DNA from: Nageia nagi
Taxonomy: Eukaryota > Plantae > Pinophyta
Reading direction: 5' to 3'
Assembly (NCBI GenBank): GCA_050084985.1
Contig: JBITNC010000001.1
Location: 10,788,001 to 10,852,000 of the forward strand
DNA: 64,000 bases
The position numbers and the translations under genes are program-made. This document shows positions 12,001 to 24,000 of this stretch, piece by piece. Below the pieces are notes generated by a model. The model was given only the letters and a program-made list of their open reading frames with translations. It had not been told where the DNA came from and made no database searches. Positions within the stretch are counted from its first letter, which is position 1. Each line of letters opens with the position of its first letter.

Positions 12001-15000
12001 TTGCTAAATGACTAGGGTTTTGCCATAAAAATCAGAACTAAATTTTTAGGGTTTTGAGAGTGTAGTATTTCTAGCTATTTTTGGTTGGCTTTATTACACA
12101 CAAGCCCATATTGGTTTTAGAAAGTACTTCCATACTACTGACCATATCTTCACACTTCAAGCTATCATTGAGGAGGCTTGTTAAAGGTCTTCTAAAGGCT
12201 TTTGTTGCTTCATGGACTTTAGGAAGGCCTTTTTCGTTATTGTGTGTCACTTCTCTAGAAGCTATGTACCATTGGTATCTTAGATACTTATATTTCGCCA
12301 TCATAAGAAATGGTCATGATCGAGCACACATTTGCTAAACTTATATGATTGTGTTGGATAGGACGTTGTTTGATCACTTAGAGTGTGGCAATCACAGGGC
12401 ACAAGGCTAGGTTGGCTTTAGGAAGTACTTCAAGACTAATGAACATATCTTCACACTTCGAGCTATCATTAAGGAGGCTAGTTAAATATCTTGTAAAGGC
12501 TTTTATTGCTTCATGGACTATAGGAAGGCCTTTGATGTTGTTTTGCGACATTTGCTTCTCTAGAAGCTACATGCCATTGGTATCTCAGATATCTTCATTT
12601 TCGCCATCATGAGGCTCTAAGAAACAATCATTGGTCAATTTAGAACTGCCTACATACTATTGGTGTTGAACAAGGATGTCCTCTCTCACCAACTCTCTTC
12701 AGCATTTACATAAATGAACTTAGGTGTTTTTTCAATTGCACACTCACATTGATGGTGCTTGCATGTTGCATCATGTTTGGATCACTATACTACTTTTTAT
12801 AGATGATGTGATCCTCCTTTCTTACTCCCCAGAATGCCTTCAGAGACAATTGGATACACTTGCTTGCTTTCGTGACACTAGATAGTTAGCAGTTAGCCTT
12901 AGCAAGACTAAGGTCATGATTAATGTGCTTTCTCCAGGTTTCAGTTCTCCTAAAAAGTATAGACGATCGAGACCACAAGTGCTTAAACTTATTTTATTTA
13001 GGGGTTCAAGTTTTTGGTGCAACCCTCAATTTGAAACCAGCCTCACAATCACATTTTTGCAAAGGATATGTTTAAGTTTTTGTGCTAGAACACCAATGTG
13101 TTTAAATACACTTCCAGTATATTCCTTTTAAGAAACACCTCTTCAATGCAAGCATTAAACCTACAATTCTTTATGGATCATAGTTACAAGGTTCAGGGTT
13201 TGTTGAGTGGGCACATATTGAGAGGGTTGAACCTGTTATGCTTCAACACATGATCTATTGCAAACAATTAGTTCCTGAATGTATTGTTTATGGCAAGTTT
13301 GATCCTTCTTGAGTGTATATTTAGGGTCACCTCCTTTCTTCATAGACTCATGTTGCAACGTGACTTTGCTGCAAGTCGTGAGAGGTACCCATTTTTGACA
13401 GTATGTTCTTCAAAGGGGCTTGCTTCTTTAGGTTTCATTGGGTGCAAATGATGCTGGTATTCAAATGTTAATATGGTTCTTTAGTCAATTGGCATCTCCA
13501 TTCATTGACTTCCCCCTTTCAAGTAGTTGTTGGATGCTCCTTCTCACCTTCACCCTTGAACACCATGGTTAATAGAGTTACTAGTGATAACATCTATTAA
13601 CAATACATCCAGGTTACTTGGACCTCTTTCCCCAAGTCTCTTGGCTTCAAGGCAACTTTTTGTGCCAAACATTTTCTGCTGTTAGCACTGCTATCTACAC
13701 CTTGAATAGGTGTCCCACAAAAGCAGTTGAATGGAAAACTCCACACCTTGAATAGGTGTCCCACAAAAGCAGTTGAATGAAAAACTCCATACGAGGTATG
13801 GACTGGAAAGAAAAACTTCATACGAGGTATGGACTGGAAAGAAACTTGATATTTCTCATCTAAGGGTCTTTGGATGTTAAGCTTTTTCTTTTACAGTTTT
13901 TGAGAAAAAGAAGAAATAAGTTAGAAAAATGCATGTTTGTGGGATATGATAGTCAACATAAAGGGTATTGGCTCTTCTCTCCTTCAACAAAAGTAATTTT
14001 TGTTTCAAGGGATGTCAAATTCAATGAGGTTCCTATTGGCTCTTCTTCAAGTGATGTCCTTGAAGACTTCAAAAATTTTTAAGTGTTTGGATATATCTTC
14101 AGATGAGTCACCTCAAGAGCAAATTCTCCAACTCAGAGAATAACTAGAAGCATGACATTGAATAAGTCTCTCCTTGCTAAAATCAACAATCATAATGAGA
14201 CTTCAACCTTTAAGGAGCATCTAAACATGGTTGTTGGATGGATGCTATGAAGTTCAAATTTGAGGCATTTATGAAAAATGGAACTTGGGGACTTAATTCC
14301 AAATTCATCTTCAAAGGATGTGATTGGAAACAAGTGGATTTATAAGATCAAGTATAATTCAGAGGGTGAAATTGAGAAATATAAGGCAAGGTTGGTTGCT
14401 AAGTGTTTCGCTCATAAGTATGGAATTGATTATGAGGGAACCTTTGCACCAGTAGCAAAGATGGCTACGGTCAGATTGATCTTTGCCCTTTCAGCAGCTC
14501 AAGGTTGGAAGGTACTTCAACTTGATGTAAAGAGTGCATTTCTCAATGGTGACTTGAATGTTGAAATCTTTATGAGTCAACCAAAAGGGTTTGTTGTGAA
14601 AGGGAAAGAGTCTCATGTGTGCAATCTAAAGAAGTCTTTGTATGGACTTAAGTAAGCACCAAGAGCTTGGTACAAGAAGATTTCAGGGTATTTTGAGACT
14701 CTTGGGTTCTTCAAATGCTACTCAAATTCAGATCTTTATGTGCTCAATGAAAGAAAAGATTTGGTCTTAATTCTTCTCTATGTGGATGACCTTTTGATCA
14801 CGGGGAATAATATGGTGATCATAAATGAGTGCATAACCAAACTTAAGACAAAATATGATGTGATTGATCTTGGGCTCTTACACTACTACCTTTGTATGCA
14901 AGTGTATTAATGTCATAATTGTACCTACCTAAATCAATCCAAGTATATCTTAGATATTTTGCAGAAGTTTGGAATGGAAGAGTGTAGGCCTGTGGATATT

Positions 15001-18000
15001 CCCGTTGCTTCTGGAATCAAGCTTAAGACTAGCTCAAACTCTCAGTTGGTATATGCTACAGAGTATAGGTAGTTTATTGGTATTCTTCTTTATTTAACTA
15101 TTTCTAGGTTAGATATTGCTTATGCAATGAATCTGATGGCAAGGTTTATGCATAAGCCTTATGTTGAACATCTTCATGTTGCTAAGAAAATTTTGAAGTA
15201 TATTGCGGGCACAAAGGATCTTGCCCTCAATTTTATCTAGTTGTCTTCTTTTGTTCTTTTAGGGTTCTCTAATTCTGACTATGGGGGTGATAGAGATGAC
15301 AGGAAATCCACTTATACCTTTGTATTTAATATTGGATTAGGTGCTATCTCTTGGTCTTCCAAGAAGCAGCTTATAGTCACCTTGTCCACCATAGAAGCAG
15401 AATATAGAGCTATGACTGTTGCAACCCAAGAAGCAATTTGGTTTAGACATATTCTGAAAGAAATTGGGTATGAGTAGGCTGGCCTATCCTTGATATTTTC
15501 GGACAATCAGTCTGCCATTGCTTTGGCCAAGAATCCTGTGTTCCATCAGAGAACAAAGCACATAGAAATCCAAGCACATTTTATCAGGGAGAAAGTTCTA
15601 GATGGCACCTTGCAGCTTCAGTATTGTCCATTGAACAAAAACTTTGCTGATTTGTTCACCAAGCCCCTTTTTGACACTTAGTTTTGCAAGCTTCGAGGGT
15701 CTCTTGGGTTGTTGAAGTTGCCCTCAAGGGGAGTGGAGTTTGAATTCTTGTTGAATTCAATTTTTTTGTGGCAACAATTTCACTCCTATGAGGATATTTT
15801 GGCTGTATAGTGTTGATCTTTGTGTACATTTTTTTTGTTCTCCATGTGTGAGGAACTAGTATGTGCATGTTGGCATTGTTTAGTTATCCACATAAGATGA
15901 ACTTGTTTGTACACTTCTTGCACTGTTTAGTTATCCATGTGTGAGGAACTAGTATGTGCATGTTGGCACTGTTTAGTTATTCATATGTGAGGAACTTGTA
16001 TGTGTATGACTGGATGTATATCCTATTTTTTATAATGATGATCAACACATGTGTTTCTTATCCAGCAGGTGACTATGAGTTTGCTTGGCATCTTTGTGAT
16101 GACTTATAATGCACTATTTGATTAGTTTATGAATGGCATTATTTGATTCATTTATCTTATGTTGATATGAATATATGATGCGTATAACTGATTTTATGTA
16201 TGAGCTGCTTATAGCTTGTAGGTTTTTTCTTAAAATTATAGGTTACTTACTTTGGGTATGTAGGCTCATGATGTTGGATGACTGCTACTTGTACATTGAA
16301 ACCATTTATGGTTGATTGATGTATTATAAACCATTTGTTTAAATGGTTATGTAGTTGAGCCTTGGCTAGATTATATTATTTCTCAAGATGTCAAGTTCTC
16401 ATCTTCTATTGTATTTCTTATGGAGGAGAACTCTCTTACACTCTTTCTATCTTCTCCTCTCTCTAATCCAATATTACTTTAAGGGGGAGTGTTAGAATTC
16501 ATAATGCACTATTGTAAATATTATTCTTTGGAAGGTATCTATAAAATAATAAATCTTCTCTTATTGTAACTCTCTAATTAAACTCACTTAAATACTTAAA
16601 AGTATCCTAAATACCTTTTAAGTATTCAGTGAATTTAATATTTTCCTCCACTTGATCTTATGGCCATCTCATGGGCACAAGGATGCACATCCCATGTGCA
16701 TAGATTTTCTCCTATAAATAGAAGGCCTTTCTTAAGCCTTCTACATTTGAGTTTGAAGGATTGTTATGCTCTTAGAGTGTAGGTTGATAGGAGGAGAGAA
16801 TTCCATTGTTGTAAGAGAGTTTTGTGTCTTGAGAAGTAATAGATCTTGCTTAGAGTGGAGTACTCTCATGTTGAGAGGTACCACTTTACATGATTGTCTT
16901 ATTTGTGTGTGATTGAATGATTGTCTCTTGAGTAGTTACTTGAAGTAGAAGAACACTCCAAGGTAATCTTGGGTGAAGGAGGTTTCATCTCTCTCATTAA
17001 TAAACCTGGATATTGGACTTCCCAATACCAACGCCCCAACTATCGTGCCACCATTTTTCATCATTACTCCTCAAGGACTATCTCATCACCTTGACCACCT
17101 CAACTTCCTCCCCCGTGGGATAGGACTTTGTCGTCACACTGGCTCGTGATAACAATAATAAAATAAGCTTGGGTTTGATTCGCTTGCATTTGGAGAACAA
17201 TAAAGAAATGATGACAAGACTATTCCTTTTTGTTGATACAATGTGGGAAATAAGTCTTGAGGCAGTCCACAAACTAAGGCGGTGCCTAGATTGGCCCACC
17301 TTCAAAGTCGAGTCAGCCATAACACCGCACCATTAGATAGACAATTCAAAACCAGCTAGGTGTTTATACCCTTATTCAAAACCTTAATGGAATCACAAAA
17401 CATACATTAAAATTGCTATATTATTGATGACCTCAGTGTCGAGCCGAACTATCTTGGCACCATTGGTCACATGGCTTGACAGTTCCACTTGGTCAACTTA
17501 GAGTCTATTCCCACTATCTATGGATTGAGATTGACTACTATATCTCTTGCAATGATAGGACTTGTCGTCTTTTCCCTTTGTAGGAGGTGGAGAATGAAAA
17601 CTCATTTTTCGGTGTCCCATCTACTACAAGATTTGTGGACGGTACCATTGCTTGTAAGAGAACCTGGAGTTTTGTTGTCCACCTTCTTTTGCTACCCAAA
17701 TTAGAGATGCTTAGCCTTTTTCATTTGGGAGGTCATCATCTTTATACGTAAAGTTATATAGAAGTCCCCTAGGAAAACCGTTACACCACCAAGTTGATAA
17801 ACTCCTTTTTTTAAAGCCATCCTTGACATTGGAGGCACTAAATGTCCCCTTGATTGTGTACCATTTAGCACACTAGTAGGGATAGGTTGGTGCGACAGTG
17901 CGTGTTTTCATGCATTATTATAAGTGCACCTTGGTACTCCCATCAGCATTGAAGATGTTGCCAATCTACCTTTGTCTGATGTTATAGACTGTCTAGCTCT

Positions 18001-21000
18001 TCTTGCTCACATCTTGGACTAGGGGGCAATAGGTGTGCATCTTCTACTAGGATCCATTGGCCTTTCATGTTAGGAGAGACTTAGCTTAACCTAGTTTTCC
18101 TAACTCAGAATAGTCTTTTGTAATGTCCCAAATAATTTTCAATATTGTAATTTTGTGTTTGGTGTGTGTTTGTAAGCCTCTAGGAGAGGGACATCCACCT
18201 TTGAGAGGAGAATAAGTGCTTTTGTGATGTATTTTGTAAATATCTCCTAAAAGTGGAGTTATTAATATGTTTAGTAAATGTTATGTTTTAGTTTTTTAAT
18301 AAAATGGTATTATAATGTTATTAACATTAGCACTTTAATTCCGCATGTGCTAAAAACGTTTTTTAAATTATGAGCATCTAATGGTGGAGATTCTTCAAGA
18401 TCTAATGGTGGAGATTCTTCAAAATCTAACGGTGTAGTCTATTTGCCAATTAGGGTTGCAAGAGTATAAAAGAGGAAGAGTTGGTCATTTGCAAGCATAC
18501 TTGGATTATTATTTATTATCTTTGCAGATTATTGCAGTGAACAATAACTTAGTTGTTGGAAACCGTAAGGTACTGCAAATCCTTTAGAGGCCTAAGGCTG
18601 ATAAACCATAGGCTCATTTCTAGGCTGATGAATTTATTCAAGATTTGTGCTTAATTGAGGAGGAAACAACAGATTTTCAGTATCAAATCTAGGGCTTCAA
18701 AACCCTAGTTTTGCTTTAGGAGTTGGATTGCAGAAACAAGGTTAGATTTGTGCATGTTTTGATCTCAATAAACAAAGAAAGATATTTTGCAGTCAGATCT
18801 GGTTATTGGAGCAGCCAATTTTCTGTGTTCTAAGGCAAAATCAGATTTGTGGAGTCATCATTCAGCCATTTCCACTGTTGGAATAATTTTGTGAGCTTCA
18901 GATTTTATACTTGGCCAAACCCTAGTCGAGATTTCAGCCGTTGGGGTCAGATCTGAGATTTGTGGACAGTCTCTTGTGTTATTCAGTTCCATTTATTCTT
19001 TCTGAATAGATCAGAACTTCACTGCTATTTTTTGTTGGAATAAATCAGAATTGCAGCCATTTTCTGTGTTTGATCAGATCTAGGGGTCGAGTAACATTTA
19101 CAATTTTCTGTATTCTATTTGACTGGTATATTTCATCTTCCATGGATGTGATCAAATCCATCATTGGCTCCTTCATAGAGGTGAATGAAGATGACACCAG
19201 TTGCACCGCACAAACCATGTGACATCACTAGACAGGCACCTGTTGATGCTATCAAATCTATTACTAGCCCCTTTATAGCAATGGATGCTAGTTTTTTGTT
19301 TTATTTTTTGGTATTGCTAGTCGCAAGGGTTCTCAAACCCTAGCGCTTTGCTTTCATAACTGAATGTACTTTTCGAGTCTCATTGATTTATTTTGGTCAC
19401 CAGTGGACATTAATATATTTTCTTTCTTTCTTTCTACTCCACTCTTCTTTATAGAAGATCGTTGGTAGGGTTGCAACTTAAGAAAAACCATATCACCCAC
19501 ATCAAAGCATCTCTCAGTGTGATGTTTATCAGCATAGATCTTCTACTGGTTCCGAGCACGGTGCAAATGGTCATGCAAATTTATTAAGATCTGCCTACTT
19601 TGCTTTATGAGATCACCAGTTGTAGGTACCCCTGTCTCTGTAAGTGTCAACTCAGTAAAAGCAGGTGCATCATCCCTGTATGGTGCCATGAATGGAAACA
19701 TACCAATTGACATTTGGTAGGTAGTATTGTAGCAATACTCCTCTAAATAGAACCATCTCTCCCAAGCTGTTTGATAATAGGTGCAAAACTCCGTAAGCAC
19801 CCCCCAACCCACTTATTCACTATCTCAGTCTGGCTATTAGTCTAGGGATGATAACTAGCACTCGGAGTTAGCATTGTTCCTGTCAACCTTAATAGCTCCT
19901 GCCAGAACGCACTGATAAAGTGTGCATCTTGGTACGAAAAATGGTTTGGTGTAACCCATGTAGGTGAAAGACCTCTTTGAAAAAAGTAGGTGAAAGACCT
20001 CTTTGAAAAAAGTAACTGCTACTTGTTGCTCATTGAAATCACTAGATATAGAGAAAAAGTGTGCATATCTAGTCAATCGATCTACAACAAAAAAAAGCGT
20101 GCATCTTGGTATTAATGATGATCCATAGTAACCAATCTAGGTGAAAGACCTCTTTGTAAAGAATATTTTCTGTGGCACCCTCAAATCACTAGACATGGAG
20201 AAAAAATGTGCATATTTTGTCAACTCATCTACAATTAAAAATACAACTTTTTCCTCCAACCAAAGGTAAACCTGTGATGAAATCCATAGGCATGACTTCC
20301 CATTTTTGCCAAGGAATGGGAAGGGGCTGAAGCAAGCCTGCTAGGTGTACCGTCTCATGTTCCATTATCTTACAAATATCACACTCCTGCACATATTGCA
20401 ATGCATCATTCTTTAGGCCTTTCCAAGAATACTTGCTTCTCACCTGTCTGGAGATTTTGAATAACCTTGTATGCCCTGCAAACAGAGAACCACGGAAAGT
20501 TGCAATGATCTTATTCTTAAGCTTTGACCTTGAAACCAAGAAGATCCTCTCCTTATACAAGATAACACCGTGCATGACCTGATATGTATTGTCTCTGTCC
20601 TTAGTACGAATAGTATCCTCTATCGGCCTTGTAGCACAACTGTCATTGGCATACCCAGCCATCAATTTCTCCCTCCAATCAACCTCTACTGAATAAATAA
20701 CTGAATTCTCTTCTAGAAAGTACATCTGCATTGTTCTTCCCTTTGACATATTCAATGTCAAAGTTATAGCACTGCAGCTTACTCACTCACTTCTGATGCT
20801 GGTCATTAAGGTTGTGCTGTAATAGAAGTCACCTTAGATTGTTGTAATCTGTACACGCTGCACAATGCTGGTATGTGTCGTTGCTAACTTCTTTTTGTCA
20901 TAAATGATTGCCGCTTGATTGCATTTAACTTGCGAGTCTCAAAAGAGATAGGTTGTCATTTTTACAAAAGCAACACTAGTGCCTTCTCCAGAAGGGTCAC

Positions 21001-24000
21001 ATTTAACCACAAAAGTTAATGAAAAACAGTTATAGCAAAAATAGATTCCATGCACATTACCCTCTTCAGTCGATCAAATGCCTCTAAAGCTGCTATAGGC
21101 CAAGAGAAAGAAAGCATATTTATTGGTCAATCCAGTCAAAGGGGTTGTGAGCTTGGAAAAACCCCTAATAAATCTTCTATAACAGCTATATAAGCCTAGG
21201 AAACCTTGTAACTTTGTCAATGTCATTGAAGTAGGCGACTTCTGAATAGATTTTGCCTTGGTCTGATCCATCTGCACACTCGAAGCATTGATTATATGGC
21301 ATGTAAAGAATTTATGCATCCTGAATTTACACTTGCTCTTCTTTGCAAAGAAGGTTTGGTGCTACAAAATGGCCAACATTGTATCCAAATGTGCCAAGGG
21401 CTCCTTCCAAGTCCTACTTTAGATAAGTATATCATCGAAGAAAAGTAAAACTAATGCAAATCTCAGCACATGAGGTTTGAAGATCTTATTCATCGCCAAC
21501 TGGAAGGTAGCTGTTGCATTAGTGAGCCCAAAAGGCATCATTAAGAAGTAAGAACTCAAAAGTGTCGACAATGATACTTGAAAGGAGTCTTATGTTCATC
21601 TTCAGGTTTAACCTGAATCTGATGGTATCCAAAATGCAGATCTGTCTTTATGAAGTAAATGGTCCCATGTCATTCACCTAGAAGTCATCAATATGGGGTA
21701 TTGGATACCGGCTTTTGATAGTTTTCTTACTCAAGGCTAAGTAATCAATGGACATTCTCACGGTCCCATATCTCTTCTTCTCCAATACCGCTGAAGAAGC
21801 AAATGGGCTTGTGCTAGGTCTGATGTGCCATAAGTCCAATAACTGTTGTATAGTATGCTCTATTTCATCCTTAAAGGCATGAGGATGATGATATGGGGTA
21901 ACAATGAAGGGTCTAGTCCTTGGCTCCAACTCAAATAGTATTCTGGAAACCCCTATCTGGTGAAAGCCCTGGAGGTATGTCTTCCAACACTGCTGCATAC
22001 TTGTCCAAAAGAACTTGAATTTTTGGATGATACTCAACCTCCTCGGAAGTAGTAGTGCCCTGGGATATATCCTTAATGGTACAACACACAACAACCCAGC
22101 TAACTTGATCTCGCTTAAAAAGCCTTTCCAAACAGTGTGTATATATCTGTTGAGCTGATCCACCTGTCATACTTCTGATTATTTTCTCTTGCCCCTGGTC
22201 AACAAAACACAGTGGTCTAGTAGCTCTCAGTGAACTCACCAAGTGAATGCAACCACTGAATCCCTAATACCATATGAGCTCCTGCTAAGGAAAATGTTTT
22301 CTAGAATTCTATGCTGCCTTCAATGAAGACAAATCATTCTCTTCCAAATTGTGCAGACATTGCTCGGTACAAAGCCTGGAACATTTTTGAGCAGTGTTTG
22401 TTGATGTTTTTTATACTTTGCACATGAACATCATATTTTCTAGACATAAGTTCTTGATATTGACAAGCAACCTCATGAAAAACCCTGATTATTTAAAGTT
22501 GTAAAACATGCAGCAGAAGCAAGGTCTTTCAGGGCTGTATCTATTTTTCTGTTTTCTGTTACTGGAAAAATAATGCAATATTTATATTGTAAAATATACT
22601 TCCGTTGACATGGATAGTAGATTTCCGAAAGTGGTGGAATTGGTTAAATGTTGATTTATGCTATACTTTCCAGTTCTACACCTCATGACTACTTTAGGAA
22701 CTATAAGAACAGGCTGTGAGGTTTTTTGACATTGACTACGTTTTCCAGTTCTATGTATTTATGATATTTCGTTCTCTGAATATCATTTTACTCGATATAT
22801 TTGTGTTAGTGGGGATTTCGGAGGTGTGAAGATATTTGTTGGGTCAAAACAAACAAGGCAAATCCATCTCCAGGCTTGCGGCACGACTCCCACACATTAT
22901 TTCAACACTCAAAAGTAAGTCACTTGAAGCATAATGTATCGTAGAGAAATATTAGTTCATCTTTGGAAATATACTTCTATGGGACTGGTCTCTTCTTTGG
23001 TTTACGAGTATTTCTTGAATTTGCTTGTTTGGATGTTTTTGATTTGGTATATTAACTTAGACGACTTTACAGGAGCATTGTTTGATGGGTATAAAGGGAA
23101 CTGTTCGTCGGAGTACAGATGGACATATAATTCATGCTAATATTGATACAGATATAATCATTGCTGAAGAACCACCTCAAGGTTAGTCTCACTTCCTGCT
23201 CACAATGAAAAAAGCTATTGATATTTTGTTCAGTCTACAACATTTCAAAAATATGGAAAGCCATTTATAAGTATGCTATCAATTTACTATATTGCATTGT
23301 AGAACTGAAGTCCAGCTTGAAAGCTAAGACTGCCGATCATCTGAATTGCAAAATTACTCTTAAAAGTAGTTAAATGTTTTTATGTTGGAGATTTTAAGAT
23401 TGGCGAAGACAGTTTGAAGTTATATAGTTTTAGTATTGTTAAGAGTCTATACTTCTGAGGAACTCTTAAATTGTTTGTCTAGATTTTTGTGGTATCTAAT
23501 GGGTTGTTATATACAATAATCATTGTGTGACATTTTTTGAAAAAGTTGCGATAATTGTGACCTGTTAGAAATGCATGATTTCCTAAACATGCAAAAGAAC
23601 TTTAATGATGTGCTTTCATGCAACTTTAGGATCAACTACAAAACCTGAGGATCTGTATCGTATAATTGAACACTTTGCCCTTGGTTGTCGACGCATAGAG
23701 CTTTTTGGTGAAGACCATAACATACGTCCAGGTTGGCTTACTGTTGGCAAGGGGTTGTCATCCTCAAATTTTAATACGGAGGTATGCTAATGGTGTTGTT
23801 TTTTATTCAATTGAATTTCAACCCACAGTGTGTTATTTCTCTTGCATTATATGCATACTCATTCTTAAAATTAGACTTATGTTGGTTCAATTCAGTCTGC
23901 AAGATTGGCTTGAAACCTTCTATCTCCTCAAATGTGGACAGTGATCTGATTAATCTAAATCTTTGAAAATAGCCTTGTTCAAGGGCATTGTATATTTTCA

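Larger units (their letters stand above)
5425..19432 (+). mobile_element. Decayed non-LTR retrotransposon (LINE, RTEX/RTE-like) interrupted by nested insertions
   Basis: ORF1 motif KIFFNEDLT (~5576-5602). APE endonuclease motifs CWNC (split by the MITE), [18 protein letters not shown] and SVVDY (6860-6960). RT motifs IHKSGD..NYKTI (9360-9410), [18 protein letters not shown] (12112-12230), [20 protein letters not shown] (12662-12720) and [10 protein letters not shown]. 3' tail ggacattaatatat(tttc)n ending at 19432. 7-bp TSD TCTACTC at 5418-5424 and 19433-19439. Confidence 0.8.
3543..22809 (+). other. MTB intron 2, 19.3 kb, filled with nested transposable elements
   Basis: GT at 3543, AG at 22808-22809; the flanking exons join in frame (CLKK|WGFRR). 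Confidence 0.92.

Noticed and set aside
13696-16008. Short direct repeats resembling a CRISPR array
   Set aside because: These are head-to-tail duplications without unique spacers, inside a Copia element in eukaryotic DNA.
17000-18118. Possible gag zinc-knuckle or LINE continuation between the Copia LTR and the solo LTR
   Set aside because: Too degraded to assign a family or strand.
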